The notes beneath the pieces are model-generated. The model was not told the DNA's origin and did not search any database. It was given only the letters and a program-made list of their open reading frames with translations. Of a stretch of DNA of 64,000 nucleotides, positions 26,841 through 41,425 are shown in pieces. This stretch comes from Antedon mediterranea (Eukaryota > Animalia > Echinodermata), in assembly GCF_964355755.1 (NCBI RefSeq), contig NC_092673.1, positions 27,215,648 through 27,279,647 of the forward strand, in the 5' to 3' direction. A program made the position numbers and the translations under genes. Positions within the stretch are counted from its first letter, which is position 1, and the number at the start of each line of letters is the position of its first letter.

Positions 26841-28352
26841 CTAGATTTGAACTCGTCACTTTGACTAGTTCTGGTTATCCGCGCAAACGCAACCATGCAC
26901 ATACTTAACCATATGAACCTCGACAATTATTATGCCATCCTATGACATGAAATAAATATGTTTACAGTGCTGAATTGTACCTATTATGTAGCATATATCA
27001 TATTACAGTATTTTACAGAATAAACTGTATAATGTTATATACAGTGTAGCATAGACAAAATTACGAGACCCATCTTTTAAATCCAATTATTAACACAATG
27101 ACGTCATCAAATTGACATATAAAGATAACAATTTTAGAAGATAATTATCTAAATAATTACATTATTGCAAATTTGAAGAATTTTGGGCACGTAAAATTGA
27201 GATGCGCTCTCGTTTAAACGCAATGAACTTTTACGCAAGAGATGAAAATACCACTTTTTGAACTCAACTAGCCATATGATGACGTCACAACATCTGATTG
27301 GCAAAATATTCACATGAATTCGTATCTACAATCAAATAGCTTCCAGAAAACGTATTAATCATGATTATCACTTTTTATTCTAACGAGCTATAACAGATTG
27401 AAATTTACTGTAATGATGAAAATAAGTGACCCACGTTATGCACGCTTTTAATCATGATGACGTCATCACAATTTTAAAAATGTTAAATCATGCGAAAGAT
27501 AATTGATTGACCAAGACAATATAAAAAACGGAGGGAAATGGAATAAGGATAAGTGCAGATGCGCTCAATTAAATGTGATGAGCTATGACGAAAAAGACAA
27601 AAATCCTATATTTTATATTCGAGTGGCCATATGATGACGTCACAATGTCCAGTTAGCCATATTGATCCATGATCCGATATCTACAACTCATCAACCTCCA
27701 GAATATGTAATTAAAAAAAAGTTCACCGTGTAGTTTAGAATCTATGACTGTTTAAAAAAAGGCTTAATTTTGGCGAATTTTTTAACTTTTTCATCAAAAA
27801 CGCGCACAAATTGTCCAATTCGACGTGCTCGTATGACGTGATTTTAAATCGAAATTGTTAGACAGTTGGTCAAATTACTAGAAAAGACTGGAAAAACATA
27901 AATCACGCGAAAAAAAAAGGTTTTTAGCGCTACGTGCGCACCGCGCGCGTAAAAATATGCGCTCACGTGGGAATTTTTGACATGCTTAAAATGACATGAA
28001 ATGCGTAGAAAGTTGATTAGAAATTGATTTTGCGCATTCCGAAATTTTAAACGTGCGTGCGCGCGTAACTTTTTGTGAAACATGCCATTTTTAATCCATA
28101 GAAAGTTTGCTCTTGATATGACTTAAATTTTCACCAAGCGTCAATATAAAATGACTTTTGGTTTTTAATCTATGATCAATCATTGAAATTCATAAAATTG
28201 CGCGTAACTTACGCTGCTCGACTCTAAAGTAAAAAAACGAAATGTCCTGCACTTCTACAGTTAAAGGTCAATCTTCTGACAAAATTATACGATGTAATGT
28301 TGATAAGAATTTGAGATACACGTGACACAAAATTCTGGGAAAGAAAGAAGAA
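26841..28352 (-). mobile_element. E12, subfamily E, interrupted twice
   Basis: Near-identical to E15; ends AAGAAGAA|, resumes TAAGATAGAA at 31526-31535; probable head at 62102-62159. Confidence 0.86.
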
Positions 28353-29888
28353 CTAGACATGAAACTCGTCACTTTGACGAGTTAGTTATCCGCACGACAA
28401 ACGCCACGCGCACGTCATACGTTGGAATTTTGCACACGGAAAAAGATTATGGCATTATGACCTGAACTGAAGAATATCATATGCTGTTAGTGCTGAATTC
28501 TGTCAATTTTGTGTCATATAGTATATTCAGTGCAAACGGTATAATCTGTATACATGTTACATACAGTGTAGAATAGGTGAAATTACGGGTCCCCCCTTTT
28601 ATTCTTATTTTTAACACGGCTACGGTATCAAAATGAAACACTAAGATAGCAATTTCGGAAGGAAATTATCTCAGCAACAACATATTAACGTGTAGAAGAA
28701 ATTTGAATACGTAAAATATAGATGCGCGCCCTTTTAAATGTGAAGAACTATTACGCAAAATATGAAAATACGACTTTTTTTATTCAACTGGCCATATGAT
28801 GACGTCACAACATCCGATTGGCAAAATGTTTACATGAATTCGTATCTACAATCCAATAGCTTCCAGAAAACGTTTTAATCGTGATTATCATGTTTTATTC
28901 TGACAAGCTATAACTGATTGAAATTTACTGTAAAGATGAAAATAAGTGACCCACGTTATTTTCATTTTTAGACATGATGACGTCATAAAAATTAAAATAT
29001 TTTAACTCATGCGAAAGATAGTTGATTGACCTAGATAATATAAAAATCGGGGTGAAAATGGAAAACAGATAATTGGAGATGCGCTCTATTAAATGTGATG
29101 AGCTATGATGAAAGATACAAAAATTCTATTTTTTATATTCGCATGGCCATACGATGACGTCACAATGTCCGGTAAGCCGTATTGATGCATGATACATGAT
29201 CAACAACTCATCATCTTCCAAAATACGTAATAAAAATAACTTTTACCGTTTAGTTTAGAAACTACGACTGTTTAAAAAAAGGTATAATTTTGACAAATTT
29301 TGACAAATTTTTGAACTTTTTCATCAAAAACGCACATAAATTATCCAATTCGACGTGCCCGTATGACGTAATTTGAAGTCGAAATTGTTTAAAAGTTGGT
29401 AAAATTACTAGAAAAGGCTGAAAAAACATAAATCACGCGAAAAAAATCGGTTTTTAACGGTACGTGTGCTCCGCGCGCGTAAAAATTTGCGCGCGCCTGG
29501 GAATTTTTGACATGCTCAAAATGACATGAAACGCGTAGAAAGTTGATTAGAAATTAATTTTGCGCATTTTGAAATTTTAAATGCGCATACGCGCGTAACT
29601 TTTTGTAAAACACGCATTTTTTTTTCAACAAAAAGTTAGCGCATGATATAAATTAAACTTTTGCAAAGTTTCAATTTAAAATGTTATTTGGTTTTTGACC
29701 TATGTTGAATATGTGAAATTCATAAAATCGCGCGTAAGTCATGTTGCGCAACTCTGACATCATTCAAAAATAGGAGGTGCACAACTTCACGTGAATGCCC
29801 TCATGCTGACAAAGTTATAACATGTTATGTTTACAAGTTTTTGAGATACGTGAGACACAAAAATGGGGGAGAAGGAAAGAAAAAAAAA
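28353..29888 (-). mobile_element. E13, subfamily A, interrupted by E14
   Basis: Ends in poly-A; head at 31476-31525. Confidence 0.85.
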
Positions 29889-31475
29889 CTAGACATGTAA
29901 CTCGTCACTTTGACGAGTTAGTTATCCGCACGACAAACGCCACGTGCACGTCATACGTTAGAATATTGCACAGAGAAAAAATTATGGCATTATGACTTGA
30001 TCTGAAGAATATGATATGTTGTTAGTGCTGAATTCTGTCAATTTTGTGTCATATAGTATATACATGCAAACAGTATAATCTGTATACATGTTACATACAG
30101 TGTAGAATAGGTGAAATCACGGGACCCGCCATTTATTCAAATTTGTAACATGGCGACGGTATCAAGATGAAACACTAAGATAGCAATTTCGGAAGCAAAT
30201 TATCTCAGCAACAACATATTAACGTGTAGAAGAAATTTGAATACGTTTAATATTGATGCGCGCTCTTTTAAATATAATGAACTATGATGCAAAAGATGAA
30301 AATACGACTTTTTTTATTTAACTTGCAATATGATGACGTCACAGCATCTGATTGGCAAAATGTTCACATGATTTCATATCTACAATCCAAGAGCTTCCAG
30401 AAAATGTTTTAATCGTGATTATCACATTTTATTTTGACGGGCTATTACAGATTAAAATTTACTGTAAAGATGAAATTAATGACCCACGTAATTAAAATTT
30501 TTAGGCATGATGACGTCATAAAAATTAAAATATTTTTATCTCATGCGAAAGATAGTTGATTGACCTAGACAATATTAAAATCTCGGAGAAAAAGAAATAC
30601 GTATAAGCGTGATGCGCTCCATTGAATGTGATGAGCAATAACGAAAGACAAAAAAATTCTATATTTTACATTCGTGTGGCCATATGATGACGTCACAACA
30701 TCCGTGAGGTAAAAATTCTGCATGAATTCATATCTACAACATATCTGCTTACATATTAAGTTAAAAAAATTAGGGGTAATCGTTGATCCTGAGAAGCTAT
30801 AAAACATTCAAAATAGGCATAATTTTGACAACATTTTGTAACTTTTTCAACTAAAACGCGCGCAAATGGGCTAAATCAACGTGTTCGTATGACGTAATTT
30901 TAATTTGAAATGATGTCAATCTTTTGAAAATGACTAGGAAAGGCTGGAAAATCACAATTCAAGAGAAAAAAACATGATTTTCATGCTCTATACGCACCGT
31001 GCGCGTAATATTTTTCGCGCGCGCGGTAATTTTGTACATGCTTAAAATGACATGAAACGCGTAGAAAGTTGATTAGAAATTATTTTTGCGCATTTTGAAA
31101 TTTTAAATGCGCGTGCGCGCGTAACTTTGTGTAAAACACGCAATTTTTTTCAAACAGAAAGTTAGCGCATGATATAAATTAAACTTTCACAAAGTGTCAA
31201 TTAAAAATCACTTTTAGTTTTTAATCTATGATCAATCATAAAAAATCATAAAATCGCGCGTAAGTCACGTTGCGCAACTCTGACGTAATTCAAAAATAGG
31301 AGGTGCACAACTTCACGTAAATGCCCACATGTTGTCAAAGTTATAAAATGTTATGTTTACACATTTTAGAGAAACGCTCTACACAAAAATAGCGAGAAAG
31401 AAAGAAGAATAATACAGAAAAAAATATTGATCCCATACAATAACAAGGAGTTATCCGCCAAGTGCGGATAACTAA
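29889..31475 (-). mobile_element. E14, subfamily A, complete
   Basis: Tail at 29889; head GAGTTATCCGCCAAGTGCGGATAACTAA. Confidence 0.86.
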
Positions 31476-31535
31476 AAAGTAACAGGACAGTTACAAGGAG
31501 TTATCCGCTCAATGCGGATAACTAATAAGATAGAA
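31476..31535 (-). repeat. Displaced head of E13 followed by resumed linker of E12
   Basis: AAAGTAACAGGACAG...GCGGATAACTAA, then TAAGATAGAA. Confidence 0.8.
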
Positions 31536-33115
31536 CTAGATTTGAACTCGTCACTTTGACTAGTTCTGGTTATCCGCGCAAACGCAACCATGCACATACT
31601 TAACCATATGAACCTCGACAATTATTATGCCATCCTATGACATGAAATAAATATGTTTACAGTGCTGAATTGTACCTATTATGTAGCATATATCATATTA
31701 CAGTATTTTACAGAATAAACTGTATAATGTTATATACAGTGTAGCATAGACAAAATTACGAGACCCATCTTTTAAATCCAATTATTAACACAATGACGTC
31801 ATCAAATTGACATATAAAGATAACAATTTTAGAAGATAATTATCTAAATAATTACATTATTGCAAATTTGAAGAATTTTGGGCACGTAAAATTGAGATGC
31901 GCTCTCGTTTAAACGCAATGAACTTTTACGCAAGAGATGAAAATACCACTTTTTGAACTCAACTAGCCATATGATGACGTCACAACATCTGATTGGCAAA
32001 ATATTCACATGAATTCGTATCTACAATCAAATAGCTTCCAGAAAACGTATTAATCATGATTATCACTTTTTATTCTAACGAGCTATAACAGATTGAAATT
32101 TACTGTAATGATGAAAATAAGTGACCCACGTTATGCACGCTTTTAATCATGATGACGTCATCACAATTTTAAAAATGTTAAATCATGCGAAAGATAATTG
32201 ATTGACCAAGACAATATAAAAAACGGAGGGAAATGGAATAAGGATAAGTGCAGATGCGCTCAATTAAATGTGATGAGCTATGACGAAAAAGACAAAAATC
32301 CTATATTTTATATTCGAGTGGCCATATGATGACGTCACAATATCCAGTTAGCCATATTGATCCATGATCCGATATCTACAACTCATCAACCTCCAGAATA
32401 TGTAATTAAAAAAAAGTTCACCGTGTAGTTTAGAATCTATGACTGTTTAAAAAAAGGCTTAATTTTGGCGAATTTTTTAACTTTTTCATCAAAAACGCGC
32501 ACAAATTGTCCAATTCGACGTGCTCGTATGACGTGATTTTAAATCGAAATTGTTAGACAGTTGGTCAAATTACTAGAAAAGACTGGAAAAACATAAATCA
32601 CGCAAAAAAAAAAGGTTTTTAGCGGTACGTGCGCACCGCGCGCGTAAAAATATGCGCTCACGTGGGAATTTTTGACATGCTTAAAATGACATGAAATGCG
32701 TAGAAAGTTGATTAGAAATTGATTTTGCGCATTCCGAAATTTTAAACGTGCGTGCGCGCGTAACTTTTTGTGAAACGTGCCATTTTTAATCCATAGAAAG
32801 TTTGCTCTTGATATGACTTAAATTTTCACCAAGCGTCAATATAAAATGACTTTTGGTTTTTAATCTATGATCAATTATTGAAATTCATAAAATTGCGCGT
32901 AACTTACGCTGCGCGACTCTAAAGTAAAAAAACGAAATGTCCTGCACTTCTACAGTTAAAGGTCAATCTTCTGACAAAATTATACGATGTAATGTTGATA
33001 AGAATTTGAGATACACGTGACACAAAATTCTGGGAAAGAAAGAAGAATAAGATAGAAAAAAAAAAAAAAGATCCTTACAATAACAAGGGGTTATCCGCCA
33101 AGTGCGGATAACCAA
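31536..33115 (-). mobile_element. E15, subfamily E, complete
   Basis: Linker AAGAAGAATAAGATAG-An; diagnostic head GATCCTTACAATAACAAGGGG. Confidence 0.88.
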
Positions 33116-34267
33116 CTAGATTTGAACTCGTCACTACGGACGAGTTAGGTTATCCGCAGTGCAAAAGCCACGTGCACGTCATACGTTAGAATAGTGCGCG
33201 CAAAAAAATAAAACGATTATGGCATTGAAAAATGTTAGTGCGCTCTCTATGTTGCGTCGCGTCTAAGTATATACGGTATAACACTATATACTGTATACGT
33301 ACTACATACAGTGCAGAATAGTTGAAAATAAGTGACCAAAGTTATTGACGCATTTGAACATGATGACGTCATCACAATTTTTAAAATGGTGGATCATGCG
33401 AAAGGTAATTGATTGATCTAGACAATATAAAAAAATTGAGTGAAATGGAATAAGGATAAGTAGAGATGCGCTCTATTAAATTAACGAGCTATGACGAAAG
33501 AGAAAAAAATCCTATATTTTATATTCGGGTGGCCATACGATGACGTCACAATGTCTGGTTAGCCATATCAATGCATGATTCGAGAAAAACAACTCATCTA
33601 CTTCCAGAATCTGAAATTTTAAATATTTTCACCTCGGAGTTTAGAATCTATGACTTTTTTAAAAAAGGCATAATTTTCACAAATTTTTGAACTTTTTCAT
33701 AAAAAACGCGCACAAATTGTTCAATTCTACGTGCTCGTATGACGTGATTTTAAGTCGAAATTGATTGAAAATTGGTAAATGTACTAGAAAAGGCTGAAAA
33801 AACAAAAATCAAGCAAAAAAAAGATGTTTTTGCGCTACGTGCGCACGCGCGCGTAAAAAATATGCGCACGCGTTGGAATTTTTGAAATGCTCAAAATGAC
33901 CTGAAACGCGTAGAAAGTTGATTAGAAATGAATTTTTCGCAATTTGAAATTTTAAACGCGCGTGCGCGCGTAACTTTATGTCAAACATGCCATTTTTAAT
34001 CCATAGAAAGTTTGCCCTTGATATGACTTAAATGTTCACCAAGTGTCATTACAAAATGACTTTTGCTTTTTAGTCTATGTTAAATACGCGAAATTCATAA
34101 AATCGCGCGTAGCTTACGCTGCGCGACTCTAAAGTAAAAAAACGAGCTGTCCTGCACTTCTACACATAGAGGTAAATCTTCTGACAAAGTTATACGATGT
34201 AATGTTGATCAGAATTTGAGATACACGTGACACAAAATTTTGGGAAAGAAAGAAGAATAACATAGAA
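33116..34267 (-). mobile_element. E16, subfamily B (~1.15 kb), interrupted
   Basis: Tail CTAGATTTGAACTCGTCACTACGGACGAGTTAGGTTATCCGC; ends TAACATAGAA|CTAG. Confidence 0.86.
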
Positions 34268-35416
34268 CTAGATTTGAACTCGTCACTACGGACGAGTTAG
34301 GTTATCCGCAGCGCAAAAGCCACGTGTACGTCATACGTTAGAATATTGCGTGCAGAAAAACGATTATGCCACTGAAAAAAATGTTAGTGCGCCTTCTATT
34401 TTGTGTCACGTCTAAGTATATACGGTATACACTATATACTGTATACGTACTACATACAGTGCAGAATAGGTGAAAATAAGTGACCAAAGTTATTGACGCA
34501 TTTGCACATGATGACGTCATCACAATTTTTAAAATGGTGGATCATGCGAAAGGTAATTGATTGATCTAGACAATATAAAAAAATTGAGGGCAATGGAATA
34601 CGGATAACCGGAGATGCGCTCTATTAAATGTGATGAGCTATACGAAAGAGAAAAAAATCCTATATTTTATATTCGAGTAGCCATACGATGACGTCACAAT
34701 GTCCTGTTAGCCATATTGATACATGATTCGATATCTACAACTCATCTACTACCAGAATATGTAATTATAAAAAAGTTCACCACGTAGTTTAGAATCTATG
34801 ACTGTTTAAAAAAAGGCATAATTTTGACAAATTTTTAGACTTTTTCATCAAAATTGCGCGCAAATTGTTTAATTCTACGTGCTCGTATGACGAGATTTTA
34901 AGGCAAAAATTGATTGAAAGTTGGTAAATTTATTATAAAAGACAGAAAAAACAAAAATCAAGCAAAAAAAAGATGTTTTTGCGCTACGTGCGCACGCGCG
35001 CGTAAAAAATATGCGCACGCGTGGGAATTTTTGAAATGCTCAAAATGACCTGAAACGCGTAGAAAGTTGATTAGAAATGAATTTTTCGCAATTTGAAATT
35101 TTAAACGCGCGTGCGCGCGTAACTTTATGTCAAACATGCCATTTTTAATCCACAGAAAGTTTGCCCTTGATATGACTTAAATGTTCACTAAGTGTCATTA
35201 CAAAATGACTTTTGCTTTTTAGTCTATGTTAAATACGCGAAATTCATAAAATCGCGCGTAGCTTACGCTGCGCGACTCTAAAGTAAAAAAACGAGCTGTC
35301 CTGCACTTCTACACATAGAGGTAAATCTTCTGACAAAGTTATACGATGTAATGTTGATCAGAATTTGAGATACACGTGACACAAAATTTTGGGAAAGAAA
35401 GAAGAATAACATAGAA
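34268..35416 (-). mobile_element. E17, subfamily B, interrupted
   Basis: B tail; ends TAACATAGAA|CTAG. Confidence 0.86.
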
Positions 35417-36571
35417 CTAGATTTGAACTCGTCACTACGGACGAGTTAGGTTATCCGCAGTGCAAAAGCCACGTGCACGTCATACGTTAGAATAGTGCGC
35501 GCAAAAAAATAAAACTATTATGGCATTGAAAAATGTTAGTGCGCTCTCTATGTTGCGTCGCGTCTAAGTATATACGGTATAACACTATATACTGTATACG
35601 TACTACATACAGTGCAGAATAGTTGAAAATAAGTGACCAAAGTTATTGACGCATTTGAACATGATGACGTCATCACAATTTTTAAAATGGTGGATCATGC
35701 GAAAGGTAATTGATTGATCTAGACAATATAAAAAAATTGGGTGAAATGGAATAAGGATAAGTAGAGATGCGCTCTATTAAATTGACGAGCTATGACGAAA
35801 GAGAAAAAAATCCTATATTTTATATTCGGGTGGCCATACGATGACGTCACAATGTCTGGTTAGCCATATCAATGCATGATTCGAGAAAAACAACTCATCT
35901 ACTTCCAGAATCTGAAATTTTAAATATTTTCACCTCGGAGTTTAGAATCTATGACTTTTTAAAAAAAGGCATAATTTTCACAAATTTTTGAACTTTTTCA
36001 TAAAAAACGCGCGCAAATTGTTCAATTCTACGTGCTCGTATGACGTGATTTTAAGTCGAAATTGATTGAAAATTGGTAAATGTACTAGAAAAGGCTGAAA
36101 AAACAAAAATCAAGCAAAAAAAAGATGTTTTTGCGCTACGTGCGCACGCGCGCGTAAAAAATATGCGCACGCGTGGGAATTTTTGAAATGCTCAAAATGA
36201 CCTGAAACGCGTAGAAAGTTGATTAGAAATGAATTTTTCGCAATTTGAAATTTTAAACGCGCGTACGCGCGTAACTTTATGTCAAACATGCCATTTTTAA
36301 TCCATAGAAAGTTTGCCCTTGATATGACTTAAATGTTCACCAAGTGTCATTACAAAATGACTTTTGCTTTTTAGTCTATGTTAAATACGCGAAATTCATA
36401 AAATCGCGCGTAGCTTACGCTGCGCGACTCTAAAGTAAAAAAACGAGCTGTCCTGCACTTCTACACATAGAGGTAAATCTTCTGACAAAGTTATACGATG
36501 TAATGTTGATCAGAATTTGAGATACACGTGACACAAAATTTTGGGAAAGAAAGAAGAATAACAAAGAAAAA
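35417..36571 (-). mobile_element. E18, subfamily B, interrupted
   Basis: B tail; ends TAACAAAGAAAAA|CTAG. Confidence 0.86.
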
Positions 36572-37708
36572 CTAGATTTGAACTCGTCACTACGGACGAG
36601 TTAGGTTATCCGCAGTGCAAAAGCCACGTGCACGTCATACGTTAGTGCGCGCAAAAAAATAAAACGATTATGGCATTGAAAAATGTTAGTGCGCTCTCTA
36701 TGTTGCGTCGCGTCTAAGTATATACGGTATAACACTATATACTGTATACGTACTACATACAGTGCAGAATAGGTGAAAATAAGTGACCAAAGTTATTGAC
36801 GCATTTGAACATGATGCCGTCATCACAATTTTTAAAATGGTGGATCATGCGAAAGGTAATTGATTGATCTAGACAATATAAAAAAATTGAGTGAAATGGA
36901 ATAAGGATAAGTAGAGATGCGCTCTATTAAATTAACGAGCTATGACGAAAGAGAAAAAAATCCTATATTTTATATTCGGGTGGCCATACGATGACGTCAC
37001 AATGTCTGGTTAGCCATATCAATGCATGATTCGAGAAAAACAACTCATTTACTTCCAGAATCTGAAATTTTAAATATTTTCACCTCGGAGTTTAGAATCT
37101 ATGACTTTTTAAAAAAAGGCATAATTTTCACAAATTTTTGAACTTTTTCATCAAAAACGCACGCAAATTGTTCAATTCTACGTGCTCGTATGACGTGATT
37201 TTAAGTCGAAATTGATTGAAAATTGGTAAATGTACTAGAAAAGGCTGAAAAAACAAAAATCAAGCAAAAAAAAGATGTTTTTGCGCTACGTGCGCACGCG
37301 CGCGTAAAAAATATGCGCACGCGTGGGAATTTTTGAAATGCTCAAAATGACCTGAAACGCGTAGAAAGTTGATTAGAAATGAATTTTTCGCAATTTGAAA
37401 TTTTAAACGCGCGTGCGCGCGTAACTTTATGTCAAACATGCCATTTTTAATCCATAGAAAGTTTGCCCTTGATATGACTTAAATGTTCACCAAGTGTCAT
37501 TACAAAATGATTTTTGCTTTTTAGTCTATGTTAAATACGCGAAATTCATAAAATCGCGCGTAGCTTACGCTGCGCGACTCTAAAGTAAAAAAACGAGCTG
37601 TCCTGCACTTCTACACATAGAGGTAAATCTTCTGACAAAGTTATACGATGTAATGTTGATCAGAATTTGAGATACACGTGACACAAAATTTTGGGAAAGA
37701 AAGAAGAA
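36572..37708 (-). mobile_element. E19, subfamily B, headless
   Basis: Ends AAGAAGAA|CTAG; the expected remainder TAACATAG does not reappear after any later head. Confidence 0.85.
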
Positions 37709-38913
37709 CTAGATTTGAACTCGTCACTACGGACGAGTTAGGTTATCCGCAGAGCAAAAGCCACGTGCACGTCATACGTTAGAATATTGCGCAGAGAAAA
37801 ACATTATGCCATTGAAAAAATGTTAGTGCGCTCTCTATTTTACGTCACGTCTAAGTATACACAGTATACACTATATATTGTATACGTACTACATACAGTG
37901 AAGAATATGTGAAAATAAGTGGCCCAAGTTATTGACGCTTTTGGACATGATGACGTCATCACAATTTAAAAAATGGTAAATCATGCGAAAGATAATTGAT
38001 TGACCTAGACAAAATAAAAAAATTGAGGGAAATGGAATACGGATAAGTGGAGATGCGCTCTATTAAATGTGACGAGCTATGACGAAAGAGACAAAAATCC
38101 TATATTTCATATTCGAGTGGCCAAACGATGACGTCACAATGTCCGGTTAGCCATATCGATGCATGATTCGATATCTACAACTCATTATCTTCCAGAATGT
38201 GTAATTTAAAAAAAGTTCTCCTCGTAGTTTACAATCTATGACTGTTTTAAAAAAGGCATAATTTTGACGAATTTTGGAACTTTTTCTTAAAAAATGCGCG
38301 CAAATTGTTTAATTCTACGTGCTCGTATGACGTGATTTTAAGTCAAAATTGATTGAAAATTGGTAAATTTACTAGAAAAGGCTGAAAAAACAAAAATCAA
38401 GCAAAAAAAAGATGTTTTTGCGTTACGTGCGCACGCGCGCGTAAAAAAAATGCGCACGCGTGGGAATTTTTGAAATGCTCAAAATGACCTGAAACGCGTA
38501 GAAAGTTGATTAGAAATGGATTTTTCGCAATTTGAAATTTTAAACGCGCGTGCGCGCGTAACTTTATGTCAAACATGCCATTTTTAATCCATAGAAAGTT
38601 TGCCCTTGATATGACTTAAATGTTCACCAAGTGTCATTACAAAATGACTTTTGCTTTTTAGTATATGTTAAATACGCGAAATTCATAAAATCGCGCGTAG
38701 CTTACGCTGCGCGACTCTAAAGTAAAAAAACGAGCTGTCCTGCACTTCTACAGATAGAGGTAAATCTTCTGACAAAGTTATACGATGTAATGTTGATCAG
38801 AATTTGAGATACACGTGACACAAAATTTTGGGAAAGAAAGAAGAATAACATAGAAAAAAAAAAAAAAGATCCTGACAATAACAAGAGGTTATCCGCCAAG
38901 TGCGGATAACCAA
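37709..38913 (-). mobile_element. E20, subfamily B, complete
   Basis: Tail and head GATCCTGACAATAACAAGAGGTTATCCGCCAAGTGCGGATAACCAA; near-identical to E24. Confidence 0.88.
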
Positions 38914-40136
38914 CTAGATTTGAACTCGTCACTACGGACGAGTTAGGTTATCCGCAGTGCAAAAGCCACGTGCACGTCATACGTTAGAATAGTGCACGCA
39001 AAAAAATAAAACGATTATGGCATTGAAAAATGTTAGTGCGCTCTCTATGTTGCGTCGCGTCTAAGTATATACGGTATAACACTATATACTGTATACGTAC
39101 TACATACAGTGCAGAATAGGTGAAAATAAGTGACCAAAGTTATTGACGCATTTGAACATGATGACGTCATCACATTTTTTAAAATGGTGGATCATGCGAA
39201 AGGTAATTGATTGATCTAGACAATATAAAAAAATTGAGTGAAATGGAATAAGGATAAGTAGAGATGCGCTCTATTAAATTAACGAGCTATGACGAAAGAG
39301 AAAAAAATCCTATATTTTATATTCGGGTGGCCATACGATGACGTCACAATGTCTGGTTAGCCATATCAATGCATGATTCGAGAAAAACAACTCATCTACT
39401 TCCAGAATCTGAAATTTTAAATATTTTCACCTCGGAGTTTAGAATCTATGACTTTTTAAAAAAAGGCATAATTTTCACAAATTTTTGAACTTTTTCATCA
39501 AAAACGCGAACAAATTGTTCAATTCTACGTGCTCGTATGACGTGATTTTAAGTCGAAATTGATTGAAAATTGGTAAATGTACTAGAAAAGGCTGAAAAAA
39601 CAAAAATCAAGCAAAAAAAAAGATGTTTTTGCGCTACGTGCGCACGCGCGCGTAAAAAATATGCGCACGCGTGGGAATTTTTGAAATGCTCAAAATGACC
39701 TGAAACGCGTAGAAAGTTGATTAGAAATGAATTTTTCGCAATTTGAAATTTTAAACGCGCGTGCGCGCGTAACTTTATGTCAAACATGCCATTTTTAATC
39801 CATAGAAAGTTTGCCCTTGATATGACTTAAATGTTCACCAAGTGTCATTACAAAATGACTTTTGCTTTTTAGTCTATGTTAAATACGCGAAATTCATAAA
39901 ATCGCGCGTAGCTTACGCTGCGCGACTCTAAAGTAAAAAAACGAGCTGTCCTGCACTTCTACACATAGAGGTAAATCTTCTGACAAAGTTATACGATGTA
40001 ATGTTGATCAGAATTTGAGATACACGTGACACAAAATTTTGGGAAAGAAAGAAGAATAACATAGAAAAAAAAAAAAAAAAAAAAAAAAAAGATCCTGACA
40101 ATAACAAGAGGTTATCCGCCAAGAGCGGATAACCAA
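38914..40136 (-). mobile_element. E21, subfamily B, complete
   Basis: Both termini present. Confidence 0.88.
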
Positions 40137-41360
40137 CTAGATTTGAACTCGTCACTACGGACGAGTTAGGTTATCCGCAGAGCAAACGCCACGTGCACGT
40201 CATACGTTAGAATATTGTGCAGAGAAAACCATTATGCCATTGAAAAAATGTTAGTGCGCTCTCTATTTTACGTCACGCCTAAGTATACACAGTATACACT
40301 ATACATTGTATACGTACTACATACAGTGAAGAATATGTGAAAATAAGTGGCCCAAGTTATTGGCGCTTTTGGACATGATGACGTCATCACAATTTTAAAA
40401 ACGGTATATCATGCAAAAGATAATTGATTGGCATAGACAATATAAAAAAATGGGGGAAAATGGAATTCGGATAAGTGGAGATGCGCTCTATTAAATGTGA
40501 TGAGCTATGACGAAAGAGACAAAAATCCTATATTTTATATTCGAGTGGCCATACGATGACGTCACTATGTCCTGTTAGCCATATCGATGCATGATTCGAT
40601 ATCTACAACTCATCAACTTCCAGAATGTGTAATTTAAAAAAAGTTCACCTCGTAGTTTACAATCTATGACTGTTTTAAAAAAGGCATAATTTTGACAAAT
40701 TTTTGAACTTTTTCTTCAAAAACGCGCGCAAATTGTTCAATTCTACGTGCTTGTATGACGTGATTTTAAGTCGAAATTGATTGAAAGTTGGTAAATTTAC
40801 TAGAAAAGGCTGAAAAAACAAAAATCAAGCAAAAAAAAGATGTTTTTGCGCTACGTGCGCACGCGCGCGTAAAAAAAATGCGCACGCCTGGGAATTTTTG
40901 AAATGCTCAAAATGCCCTGAAACGCGTAGAAAGTTGATTAGAAATGGATATTTCGCAATTTGAAATTTTAAACGCGCGTGCTCGCGTAACTTTATGTCAA
41001 ACATGCCATTTTTAATCCATAGAAAGTTTGCGCATGATATAACTTAAATTTTCACGAAGTTTCAATAGAAAATGACTTTTGGTTTTCAATCTATGATCAA
41101 TCATTGAAATTCATAAAATCGCGCGTAACTTACGCTGCGCGACTCCAAATTCATAAAAAAAAGTTTCTTGCACATCTACAGCTACAGGGCAATCTTATGA
41201 CAAAGTTATAGAATCTTATGTTGACTAGAATTAGAGATACGCTGCGAACAAAAATCGTGGAAAGAAAGAAGAAAATAGAAAAAAAAAGAGAAAAAAAATA
41301 AAAAAAATAAAAAAGATCCTGACAATAACAAGGGGTTATCCGCCAAGTGCGGATAACCAA
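40137..41360 (-). mobile_element. E22, subfamily B, complete; one extra head follows (41361-41425)
   Basis: Both termini, then An and a second B head. Confidence 0.87.
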
Positions 41361-41425
41361 AAAAAAAAAAAAAAAAAAAGATCCTGACAATAACAAGAGG
41401 TTATCCGCCAAGTGCGGATAACCAA

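Noticed and set aside
27844-28083. Recurrent ORFs inside elements (MFHKKLRAHARLKF..., MTSSNLVGYP..., MMTSSCS...)
   Set aside because: Frames open and close with homopolymer length, several span element junctions, and none shows Rep (HUH), helicase or other motifs; recurrence simply reflects DNA repetition.
38840-38913. Poly-A runs as retroposon (SINE/LINE) tails
   Set aside because: The A-runs are internal and always followed by the hairpin head; there are no TSDs or pol III boxes.
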